Of a stretch of 64,000 nt of DNA, positions 19,865 through 28,963 are shown one piece after another (position 1 is the stretch's first letter; each line of letters starts with the position of its first letter). A program made the translations under genes and the position numbers. The notes beneath the pieces were generated by a model. The model had not been told where the DNA came from. It searched no databases and saw only the letters and a program-made list of their open reading frames with translations. Source of the stretch: an uncultured bacterium. Lineage in GTDB: Bacteria; Zixibacteria; MSB-5A5; UBA10806. The stretch is taken from the NCBI GenBank assembly GCA_965541585.1, contig CBEUCH010000007.1, forward strand, positions 1 through 64,000, given 5' to 3'.

Positions 19865-21138
19865 CCGGTCTCCGGTCTTGCGACCGAATGAGAAATTCTC
19901 TTCCCCTCATTCTTCTCCAGATAGAGATTAAGGAGAGAACCGACATTTGTCTTCAGGTTGAATTTTGAGGCGACCTTCTTCAGCCCGCCGTCGGCAAGCT
20001 TTTTCCGCAGCTTTTCTGATGAAAGAAGCCGGGCTAACTGGTCGCTCAACGAAACGGGATCATCGGGTTCCACGAGGGAACCATCGATCCCGGAATCTAT
20101 CATCTCCGGTATACCCGATAGATTTGTGGATACGACAGGTAATCCGCAGGCCATAGCCTCCAGGATGACTGTGGGCAGGGCATCGCGATTTCCATCGGCG
20201 TCAATGGTGCATGGCAGACAGAGAATTGTAGATTTATGCATTAATTTGATGATCTCGTTCTGTCTTTTCGGCCCCAAGAACTCCACCTCGTTTACCAGAT
20301 CGAGCTCCTGTTGTCTGCGATGGAGTTGCTCAGCCTCATGGCCGTCTCCCGCTATCAGACAGTGAAAAGATATTCCTCTATCTTTCAGGAGCCTGCAGGC
20401 ATCCAGCAGATTGCCAAAACCTTTTTTGGGTACAAGCCGTCCGACCGCCAGAATATGGTTCGGTTTACGATCTTGGCGTCCATCGGGATTGAGACGCTCA
20501 ATATCGACGCCGTTATAGATAACTTTTATTGCATCGGATTTTAGTCCCGGTGCGTTCTCCACGAGATAAGCTCGATTATAATCCGTTACGGTCACCACGA
20601 ACCGTGCCGCAAACAGTTTTTCTCTCAGCAGGTGCTCTTCCATATCGTATACATATATGTCCTTTGCGTGGGCTGTGAAACTGAATGGGATTTGCGTTAT
20701 CAGATTCGAAAAATAAGCCACGGTGCTGGGCAGGCTCGCAAAATGAGCGTGCAAATGAGATAAACCGAATTCCTCGGCCTTCGCCGCCACCCATGCCGAT
20801 AGCAATAACAGCTCCATTTCATTATGTTCTTTTTTCACAAGAGCCTTTTCCAGCAATTGCCAGAACCTCTCGCGATGCGGCAAAAGAAACTGCCAGACAG
20901 CGCCCAGCCAGGATGACCATCTTTTGATATCCAATCCTTCGAGATATAACACCTTCGCTTTCAACCTCGAGAGCTGAGGATGGAATTGTCCCTCGTTGGG
21001 CTTTTTGATGGAAAAAATCACGATTTCCACGCCACGACGTTCGAGTTCCAGGATCTCATTTAATATGAACGTCTCCGAGAGACGGGGGAACATCTTCACA
21101 ATGTAACCTATCTTCAGGTTCGCTGGATTTTCGGCCAT
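19861..21138 (-). CDS. GT4 glycosyltransferase (WcaL-like)
   Basis: FPRLSETFI, HAHF, TAHAKD, GRLVPKKG and DALPTVILEAMA. Confidence 0.92.
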   Translation of the reverse strand: MAENPANLKIGYIVKMFPRLSETFILNEILELERRGVEIVIFSIKKPNEGQFHPQLSRLKAKVLYLEGLDIKRWSSWLGAVWQFLLPHRERFWQLLEKALVKKEHNEMELLLLSAWVAAKAEEFGLSHLHAHFASLPSTVAYFSNLITQIPFSFTAHAKDIYVYDMEEHLLREKLFAARFVVTVTDYNRAYLVENAPGLKSDAIKVIYNGVDIERLNPDGRQDRKPNHILAVGRLVPKKGFGNLLDACRLLKDRGISFHCLIAGDGHEAEQLHRRQQELDLVNEVEFLGPKRQNEIIKLMHKSTILCLPCTIDADGNRDALPTVILEAMACGLPVVSTNLSGIPEMIDSGIDGSLVEPDDPVSLSDQLARLLSSEKLRKKLADGGLKKVASKFNLKTNVGSLLNLYLEKNEGKRISHSVARPETG

Positions 21139-22388
21139 GCCTTATTCTCCCTCTTACTCTCTATTTCAATGAAAATGTCGCCCAGTTGCTCTGCCAGCCG
21201 CCGACCGCCATCCAGCGGTATCAGATTCCGGGCGCGGGCCTCGACCAGCGTATCGTCGTCGCTGGCCAATAAATCGGAGACGCAATCATAGAGATGCCGG
21301 GCGCTGACATCATCGGGATGCATGAGTGTAACCAGTCCCAGATTGCTCATTCTCTCAGCGCGCAAAAACTGTTCTTTTCTATATTTGATACGCGGAATAA
21401 CCAGTGCCTTGCGAGCATAGCTGAGTATATCGGTTATGGTGTTATAACCTCCCGTGGATATCACCAGGTCACTTCGCGCCAGGAAAGGTCCCGTATGTCT
21501 TACGAATTTGAGGATCTTAACAGGAAGGTCGCGGGCAGCGCTTTTGAATCGATTCCAGTGATCTTCTTTCAAAAACGGCCCTGTCAATATGAGGCTTTCA
21601 AAAGGAATGCTGGTTTTGTGCTCCTGAATGATCTCTAAGAAACTGGATATCAAATCCTCGCCCCAGCCATCGCCGCCCCCGACCGTGAGCACCACAAATT
21701 TCTTTCCGCCGTCACCAGGGCGGCCGGGGGGGCCGGATAGATTATCTTTCGCATCGCAATCGGTTATGTAGCCACAGTATTGAGATTTTGATTTGATGTC
21801 GGGCGGGAATTCATAAGAGGTGATGGAGTCGAAAACGGAGGGGGAACCGTATAGAAATATGCGATCATAAAAATAGCGCAATACGTCATAAGTGCCCTGC
21901 CGTTTCCAGAGCTCTATAACGGTCTGAGGATCGTCGATAATATCGCGCATTCCCAATATGATCCTGCAGGCACCGTTGCTTTTTTTGAGCCACTCCAGTG
22001 AGGGCATTATCTCACCTTGCATGCCGTGAGGCGAATGATCCACCAGGAGCAGATGGGGCGCGTAGCCCTTCACCGTTTCCAGGATAAGATTGGTGCGCAG
22101 TTTAAGCGTTTGCTCAAATGAAGCGCCGGGGAATCGAGATTCATAACGTTCTCTGCCTACCTTGCGAACCGCCGGCAGTTTTATATAATCGACAGCGGGA
22201 GGAATCTGGAATCGATGAACCTGAGGCGAGCCTGTAACCAGGAGTATGGAAAGTTCAGGATAGATTGCCCTTAAAGATCTCGAAATCTTCAGGCATCGCT
22301 GGATATGTCCCAGGCCCAGAGTGTCATGTGAATACAATAAAACTCTCAAGCCCTTTCCAGTGCCTGAGTATGTTGAGTGAGTTTCCAT
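21114..22388 (-). CDS. Predicted GT-B glycosyltransferase (COG4671-like)
   Basis: YSHDTLGLGH, GMRDI.D, VGGGDG, GGYNT and PR...EQ..RA. Confidence 0.88.
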   Translation of the reverse strand: METHSTYSGTGKGLRVLLYSHDTLGLGHIQRCLKISRSLRAIYPELSILLVTGSPQVHRFQIPPAVDYIKLPAVRKVGRERYESRFPGASFEQTLKLRTNLILETVKGYAPHLLLVDHSPHGMQGEIMPSLEWLKKSNGACRIILGMRDIIDDPQTVIELWKRQGTYDVLRYFYDRIFLYGSPSVFDSITSYEFPPDIKSKSQYCGYITDCDAKDNLSGPPGRPGDGGKKFVVLTVGGGDGWGEDLISSFLEIIQEHKTSIPFESLILTGPFLKEDHWNRFKSAARDLPVKILKFVRHTGPFLARSDLVISTGGYNTITDILSYARKALVIPRIKYRKEQFLRAERMSNLGLVTLMHPDDVSARHLYDCVSDLLASDDDTLVEARARNLIPLDGGRRLAEQLGDIFIEIESKRENKAWPKIQRT

Positions 22389-22397
22389 CTGTTTGAC

Positions 22398-23795
22398 TTA
22401 CACCTGCCCCATGCTGAGGAAATTAAAATTGTATCGTCTTAAGAGTTCTGGCGCCAGGATATTCCGGGTATCTACAATATTCTTCCGGCGCATAAGCTTG
22501 CCTATTTCTCCCCAATTCAACAGTTGAAAATCGGGCCACTCCGTTAAGATTATAATGCAATCGGCATCCCGCGCCGCTTCCTGCGGGGAATCGGCAAGCT
22601 CGATCTCCGGCAATAGGCGCGCCGCCTCCTCTCTGGCTGCGGGATCGAAAGCTCTTACGGCAGCCCCTTCGTTTACCAGTCTTTTTAGAATGGGGATAGT
22701 CGGAGACTCCCGCATATCGCTGGTATCCGCCTTAAAGGCCAGCCCCAGAGCGCCTATCTGTTTTTTCTCCAATTTTCCCACGAGTTTCTTGACCTTAGAA
22801 ATTACATGTTCATACTGAAGCTTATTGGATTCCTGTACGGCCCGCGCTATCAGGAGGGAAACCCCTTTGGAATCGGCCATTCCCATAAACTCCATCAGAT
22901 CCTTCGGCAGGCAGGAGCCGCCCCAACCGGGACCGGGGTTTAAGAATTCCTGTCCTATCCGGGAGTCCATGCCCATTACCCGCGCCACTTCCATCACATT
23001 CACGCCCAGGCTGTCGCACAGTTTGGCCAATTCGTTTGCAAATCCGATCTTCGTAGCGAGGAAGGCGTTCGAGGCGTATTTTATCATCTCGGCTGTTTCA
23101 TTATTGGTCCTGACTATGGGGACCTGTCGGGTCATCCCCATCCGGTAGACGTGGGCAATGACTTCTATGGCCTCCTGCGATTCTCCACCAATCACAATTC
23201 TATGGGGATTAAAAAAGTCGGAAACTGCGCTGCCCTCCCGAAGAAATTCAGGGTTGTTCAGCAAATGTATGTCTTTGCCCATGCAGCCATTCTGGTCCAT
23301 CAATTCCTTCATTTTCCGGGCTGTGCCTACCGGTACGGTGCTTTTTAAGACCAGAATCTGCCCCGGCTTCAGACGCTTTGAAATGATATTCAAGATTTCT
23401 TCCAAGGCTGTCAAATCAGCCCGACCGCTGTCCGTCGAAGGCGTGCCCACCGTAACGAATATCGCTTTTTGCCCGTCGATTGCCTTTTCGAGATCGGCGA
23501 CGAAGCTAAGCCTTCCGGATCCCAGGCCTGTATTTATCAGCTCCTCCAGGTCCCGCTCATAGAATGGAAGTCGACCCGCCTGTAAGCGAGTGACCTTATC
23601 CGGATCCTTTTCAACACAGGTTACCGTATGGCCGAAACTTGCGAAACCTGCGGCAGTCACCGTTCCGACAAAACCTCCGCCGATGACACATATTCGTTCC
23701 CCATCAAGGGGACCGGAAATCGGAATGTACGGGTCCGGCGATTGCCGATGGGAGTTGCTGGCTGAGTTTCTATTGGGGGAATCCGAATTCTTCAT
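22398..23795 (-). CDS. ugd: UDP-glucose 6-dehydrogenase
   Basis: GGGFVG, KSTVP.GT, NPEFLREG, KYASN and GGSCLPKD. Confidence 0.93.
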   Translation of the reverse strand: MKNSDSPNRNSASNSHRQSPDPYIPISGPLDGERICVIGGGFVGTVTAAGFASFGHTVTCVEKDPDKVTRLQAGRLPFYERDLEELINTGLGSGRLSFVADLEKAIDGQKAIFVTVGTPSTDSGRADLTALEEILNIISKRLKPGQILVLKSTVPVGTARKMKELMDQNGCMGKDIHLLNNPEFLREGSAVSDFFNPHRIVIGGESQEAIEVIAHVYRMGMTRQVPIVRTNNETAEMIKYASNAFLATKIGFANELAKLCDSLGVNVMEVARVMGMDSRIGQEFLNPGPGWGGSCLPKDLMEFMGMADSKGVSLLIARAVQESNKLQYEHVISKVKKLVGKLEKKQIGALGLAFKADTSDMRESPTIPILKRLVNEGAAVRAFDPAAREEAARLLPEIELADSPQEAARDADCIIILTEWPDFQLLNWGEIGKLMRRKNIVDTRNILAPELLRRYNFNFLSMGQV

Positions 23796-23921
23796 AATTC
23801 TAAAGTCCTTTGACTATTCCTTCTTCCAACCTATCAGGGAACTGGGCAATCCTATTGTATCCCGCCTCACCTGTGAAGCTTGCTGATTACCGGGGCAATC
23901 AACATATCATCAAGGAACTAA

Positions 23922-23937
23922 CACAAAAAGCGTGCCA
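23922..23937 (-). promoter_or_regulatory. sigma54 (-24/-12) promoter for the ugd-led operon
   Basis: Minus strand reads TGGCACGCTTTTTGTG against consensus TGGCACG-N4-TTGC: perfect -24 element, GT instead of GC at -12. A GAFTGA-containing activator gene is adjacent. Confidence 0.7.
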
Positions 23938-24047
23938 TATTATCGCCAAACGGTAACCATTTGTAACACCACAGGTTAAGTGAAAATGAGATTGGAGAAT
24001 GGTGAAAGGCAGATGCGATTATTGTTCAAATAAACCATTTTGTTCAT

Positions 24048-25445
24048 TTAATCGGTAATGCTTATCATTTTCAAAATAGAATATTTCTTAATTCTATAAC
24101 GTAATGCCTCCCGGCCGATTTGAAGCTTTCGTGCGGCCTCACTGATATTTCCGCCACAAGATCTAAGAGCGCTTAAGATTATTTGCTTTTCGATCTCTTC
24201 CAGCCCTATGCCTTCATCCGGAATATCGATCTCAACTCCGGATTCCTTATTGATAGATACTGAAGCTTTTTTCGTTTGCGGAAGGCTGATATCGGCGGCT
24301 CCGATGATAGGTCCTTTTGAAAGAAATGTGACTCTTTCGATCAGCTGGCGAAGCTCTCTTACGTTGCCGGGCCAACCGTATCCAGTCATGGCCTGCTTTG
24401 TCTCCTCGCTGAATTTTCTAACCACACTGTACTTATGGCGATACTTCTGGAGAAACAACTCGGCCAGCGGCAGAATATCCTCCTTGCGTTCTCTCAGGGG
24501 AGGTAGATCTATTCTCAAGTTGTCCAGGCGATGATAGAGATCATCACGGAATTTTTTTCTGTCCTTGAGATCGCGATTCGTGGCCGCGATCACTCTTACG
24601 TCGATGGAAATATCCCTCAGGCCGCCGACTCGCCTGAGCGTTTTATTCTCGATTACCTGTAGAAGCTTGACCTGGGCTTCCGGGTTTAGATCGCCGATCT
24701 CGTTTAAGAATATGGAGCCGCCTTCGGCAGCTTCGAAAAGACCTCGTTTCGATCTTTGAGCTCCTGTGAAGGCACCTTTTTCATAACCGAAAAGCTCCGC
24801 TTCCTCCAGGCCTCTGGGGAGGCTGGAGCAATTTACCTCCACGAACGGTTGACCGGAGAACTTGCTTTTGTAATGAACGTATCGGGCCAGCAGGTCCTTG
24901 CCGGTGCCGGTTTCGCCCAGAATTAGCACGGGGGGGTAGTCGGAAGAGTGAGAGAGGTTCATCGATACCACCTTCGCCAGCATCTCGGAGACCTTTTTCA
25001 TCTTCGGTGAATTATCTATCAACTCATCCTCGCTGGTTCTTTCGGCCTCCCGGTCATGGTAGTATGAAACCGTATGTTTAAGACGGGCGTTTGCCACGGC
25101 CCGCTCTACTGCCAGCGCAAGTTCCTCCGTATCCAGAGGCTTGCGCAGGAAATCGCTGGCTCCGGACCGCATAGCCTCTACTGCCGAGGCCATGGTCCCG
25201 TAGGCTGTGATCACGATGACCGCGATATCGGGATCGTGTTGCCGGATGTTTTTCATGGCTTCGAAACCGGACATGCCGGGCAATTGCAAATCAATCAGGA
25301 CGATATCCGCGGGCATCTGCTCTAAGAGTCTTAATCCCTCTTCCGCAGTGGTGGTCGTTACGCAATCGTGTCCCCGGCCGGTCAAAGAACGGGATAGTGA
25401 TTTAGCCAGAAGAACCTCGTCCTCAATTATCAATATCTGCGCCAT
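24048..25445 (-). CDS. NtrC-family sigma54-dependent response regulator (REC-AAA+-HTH)
   Basis: Receiver D in LIDLQLPG, GETGTGKD, GAFTGA, WPGNVREL and a Fis-type HTH. Walker B reads IFLNEI. Confidence 0.93.
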   Translation of the reverse strand: MAQILIIEDEVLLAKSLSRSLTGRGHDCVTTTTAEEGLRLLEQMPADIVLIDLQLPGMSGFEAMKNIRQHDPDIAVIVITAYGTMASAVEAMRSGASDFLRKPLDTEELALAVERAVANARLKHTVSYYHDREAERTSEDELIDNSPKMKKVSEMLAKVVSMNLSHSSDYPPVLILGETGTGKDLLARYVHYKSKFSGQPFVEVNCSSLPRGLEEAELFGYEKGAFTGAQRSKRGLFEAAEGGSIFLNEIGDLNPEAQVKLLQVIENKTLRRVGGLRDISIDVRVIAATNRDLKDRKKFRDDLYHRLDNLRIDLPPLRERKEDILPLAELFLQKYRHKYSVVRKFSEETKQAMTGYGWPGNVRELRQLIERVTFLSKGPIIGAADISLPQTKKASVSINKESGVEIDIPDEGIGLEEIEKQIILSALRSCGGNISEAARKLQIGREALRYRIKKYSILKMISITD

Positions 25446-25457
25446 TTTGTATTTCCT

Positions 25458-26933
25458 CTAAATCTCCTTTTGAGAATCAAGCAATCCTTTTTCATTTTTT
25501 ACGGGTAGACGGATCGAGACTATTGTTCGTTTTCCCGCTACGCTCTCGAGGTTTATCTCACCACCGTGCATGTCGATTATCTTCCTGGCCTGAGCAAGCC
25601 CCAGGCCGGTACCGCTTTCCTTGCTGGTCATGAATGCCCGGAAAAGCCTGGGTTTGATATGGTCGGGAACACCTTTCCCATTATCAGATATACTTATTAA
25701 AATCGATTCTTTATCCTCTCTTATCGAAGTCCCTATTTTTATCGCGCCGTTGTGGCTGATCGCTTCGTATGCGTTGGCGGCGACGGCCACCAATGCCTGC
25801 TCGACCAAAATCGAATCAATTAACATAAGCGGTAATTCGGGGGCGAGATCCCAATCGAGTATCACGTTCTTTTCCCCGAAAGGGCGACCTGCCAGTTTCA
25901 GGGCCTCTTTGACCAGGAGGTTGATATCGGTCGGGTCATACTCCATTTCCAACGGTCTGGCGAATTCCAGGAGTCGTTTCAGCCAGACATCGATTCTGTC
26001 GACTGTATCCATTATTTCTCTCAGGGATTGCCGGGCTTCGGTCTCAGACTCACCGAGTTCATTAAGCATCACCTGCGTAGCGGCCCGGATACCGGCCAGC
26101 GGATTCCTGATATTATGGGCGGAGTAGGTGGCGATCTCCCCCAGGGCCGCGAAACGTTCCTGCGCCCGGAGTCGTTGCTGGGAGATTTTCAGAGAAGACG
26201 TCATTTTCTCAATAGCCGTGGATAACTGGCCCCACTCGTCTTTACCGGTTAAGTCAATTCGGGTATCGAGATTGCCCTCGCTGATCGCCCTTGTGGCTTT
26301 GTTCAGCATGATAATAGGGCGAATCAACCATCGTTGTAAGAGAAAAGTCAGTGCGATAAACTGTATCCCGGCCATTATGGCCGTGATGCCAATAACATAT
26401 CCGGCGAAGGTTCCGGCGTCAGCGGCCGCAGCCATTCTGTTGTTTTCCTGTGTGCGATAGTATTGGTTCAGAGACGCCACGTCGTCGGTCACCTCGTCGC
26501 CGATTTCGCGCAGCCTGGCTCTGGCAGCCGGCAGTTTTTGATCTGTGATAAGATCCTCTCCACGTTCGAAATATTTTTGCATGATCCAGACGAGCTCGTA
26601 ATGGGTCTCCTCGAGACCCAGGATATGGTCTTTCTCTTCGATGGCAATCGCGTTCGATCTTAGTATTGCCAGCAGGCCCGGGGTTATTTCCTGGATCTTT
26701 AGAAAATCCTGCCTGGCATTTTCTTCACCATTTAGATAATCCAGAGCGTGATAAATTTGACGATGTGTCTCGGCCCTGAGTCTTTCGGCCCGCAGGCTCT
26801 GTTCGTGCATCAGCGATAGCTCTGTTGCGGCCCCTCGCCAGCTCACAATGGCCCAGATGCAAAAGGCTCCCACAAGCAGCAATGATGTGATCATGATGCC
26901 GTAGATCAGTAAAAGTTTTGAACGAATCTTCAT
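25458..26933 (-). CDS. Membrane sensor histidine kinase (2 TM, HAMP, HisKA, HATPase)
   Basis: H-box AHNIRNPL, N-box ANAYEA, DNGKG and GTGLGL. Confidence 0.9.
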   Translation of the reverse strand: MKIRSKLLLIYGIMITSLLLVGAFCIWAIVSWRGAATELSLMHEQSLRAERLRAETHRQIYHALDYLNGEENARQDFLKIQEITPGLLAILRSNAIAIEEKDHILGLEETHYELVWIMQKYFERGEDLITDQKLPAARARLREIGDEVTDDVASLNQYYRTQENNRMAAAADAGTFAGYVIGITAIMAGIQFIALTFLLQRWLIRPIIMLNKATRAISEGNLDTRIDLTGKDEWGQLSTAIEKMTSSLKISQQRLRAQERFAALGEIATYSAHNIRNPLAGIRAATQVMLNELGESETEARQSLREIMDTVDRIDVWLKRLLEFARPLEMEYDPTDINLLVKEALKLAGRPFGEKNVILDWDLAPELPLMLIDSILVEQALVAVAANAYEAISHNGAIKIGTSIREDKESILISISDNGKGVPDHIKPRLFRAFMTSKESGTGLGLAQARKIIDMHGGEINLESVAGKRTIVSIRLPVKNEKGLLDSQKEI

Positions 26934-27169
26934 GGGCGCCGCCGGACAATCAAGAGAGCATCCTTAAATCTAATCAACTGCATTTCCTCCCATTATAAAG
27001 AAAAGAGATTTTTAGATTTTGGCAACAATTAATATAGAAAATAGGATAAGGGCCCCGAAAGAATGCTGTCCTCTTTGCTGAAATTGGCTTTAATCGATAA
27101 TCGCCGAGCGTGTAATGATGTCTTGATATTGATATGATATTGCTGTCGGGCAAGGCCCATATGATAATC

Positions 27170-28963
27170 TCATCTGACCTGTTCCTCAAGCTGATATCTG
27201 CGATAGATTTTCGAATAAACGCCGCCCTTATCCATGAGTTCGAAATGGGAACCGGATTCGACTATTTTGCCATCATCGAGGACGAAAATCTTGTCGACTC
27301 GCTCGAGAGTATCCGGCCGATGGGTGATTACCATGGCGGTCATGTCGGGTAGCACCTCATGGAGTTTTTCCCAGAGAGCAGCCTCCGTTCGGGAATCCAG
27401 GGCCGAGGTGCAATCGTCGAGAATAATGATCTTAGGTTTGCCTACCAGGGCTCTTGCCAGGGCCAGACGCTGTTTCTGACCGCCGGAAATAGACATGCCC
27501 CGGGTCCCGATACGGGTATCGATACCATCCGGAAAGCCTGCGATTTCATCTTTCAACTGGGAAACCTCAATCGCCCAGAGAATGACATCGTCGTTGATTT
27601 CATCGCGCCCGAACCGGATATTGTTTTTGACCGTATCCGAAAACAAGACCGGTTCCTGCGGAACATAGCCGATATTTCGACGCAGGTCTTCCAGCTTAAA
27701 TTCCCGCAGATCGCGGCCATCGAGCCTGATGATACCACCCGTGGGATCCACCAGCCTGGGGATCATATTTACCAGCCAGGTCTTACCGGAGCCGATTTTA
27801 CCGACCAGAGCCACTGTCTGGCCGGGTTCAATCCCAAGCGAAATCCCCTCAATAATCTTCCGGTCCGAGTCAGGGAAGTGAAAATCGACGTTTTCGAAAC
27901 TCAGGCGACCTTCAATACTGCTTTTTAAAGCCACTCCTCCGCTGTCCCCGACCATCGGGGGTACCTTTTCGAGCTCGGTCAAGCGGTTTATGGAAACAGC
28001 AGACTGGCGCGATTTGACAAGGAACTGCCCGATATCGAACATCGGGAACACTAGATAAACGATATAATATATGAAAGCTACCAGCTTACCGAGCGTCAGG
28101 TTGGCATTGATAACCATGTAACCGCCGGCAAGGAGAGCGACTATTATCCCGAATTGCCAGATATAAAAATAGAGCGAATCGACCACGGTTGTGGCCTTGA
28201 CCGCCGAGATTTCTGCGGCGCGACGGTTGCGCGCTACATCATCGAATTTTCGCTTCTGTGCGGCCTCCCTGGCATATGCCTTAATAACCCTGATACCTGA
28301 AAAGCACGCTTCCATTATATTGTTGAACCTGGAGATATTCTTCTGAAGCTTATCGTAGCGTCTATCCAGCGCCGATGAGCTTTTGAAAAATATGAGTATC
28401 AGGATCGGCAGCGGGCCGGCGGTCCATAATGTCAAGATCGGGTCTATGGCAGCCATCATGGCTACTGTAAAGGCCACCATTATAAGAGCCTCATACAGTC
28501 TGAAAATGCCCGAACAGGCAAACCAGGAGAGCTTCTCGGCAACGTCATCGGTCATACGGGTGACTAAATCTCCAGTGCGGAACCGGTTGAAGAAATCGGG
28601 GCCCTTGGTGGTGATCCCGTCAAAGGCATCCTGGCGAAACAGCCATTCCAGCCTGATATTCATCCAGCCTCTATGCGACTGTACGAAAGCGTATATAACA
28701 AATGCGACGAATCCTGTAGCGACCAGGGTCAGTGCGTAGCTGGCCGCCATAGACAGGCCCAGATCCGCTCCAATCTCGGCTATCATTATAGCCGCCCAAT
28801 TCTGCGATACCTGGCCCGTCTTCGCATAGTCAATGATAAATTCTATCAGCCTGGGTATACTCACCTGGAATACGGCCTGGACGGGCGTCAGAAGCAGAAG
28901 GACTGCCAGAACGTAAGGGTAGTGTTTATAGTACCTCCAGAACCACTTTATTTTATCCCGCAT
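27170..28963 (-). CDS. Heterodimeric multidrug-type ABC exporter, subunit with degenerate Walker B
   Basis: GKIGSGKT, ISGGQKQR and ILDDCTSALD (non-canonical DD, as in BmrC/MdlA-type subunits). Confidence 0.9.
   Translation of the reverse strand: MRDKIKWFWRYYKHYPYVLAVLLLLTPVQAVFQVSIPRLIEFIIDYAKTGQVSQNWAAIMIAEIGADLGLSMAASYALTLVATGFVAFVIYAFVQSHRGWMNIRLEWLFRQDAFDGITTKGPDFFNRFRTGDLVTRMTDDVAEKLSWFACSGIFRLYEALIMVAFTVAMMAAIDPILTLWTAGPLPILILIFFKSSSALDRRYDKLQKNISRFNNIMEACFSGIRVIKAYAREAAQKRKFDDVARNRRAAEISAVKATTVVDSLYFYIWQFGIIVALLAGGYMVINANLTLGKLVAFIYYIVYLVFPMFDIGQFLVKSRQSAVSINRLTELEKVPPMVGDSGGVALKSSIEGRLSFENVDFHFPDSDRKIIEGISLGIEPGQTVALVGKIGSGKTWLVNMIPRLVDPTGGIIRLDGRDLREFKLEDLRRNIGYVPQEPVLFSDTVKNNIRFGRDEINDDVILWAIEVSQLKDEIAGFPDGIDTRIGTRGMSISGGQKQRLALARALVGKPKIIILDDCTSALDSRTEAALWEKLHEVLPDMTAMVITHRPDTLERVDKIFVLDDGKIVESGSHFELMDKGGVYSKIYRRYQLEEQVR

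Noticed and set aside
12094..23795. Calling the glycan operon an alginate biosynthesis cluster
   Set aside because: No Alg8/Alg44-type synthase, lyase, epimerase or acetylation genes; only the porin is AlgE-like.
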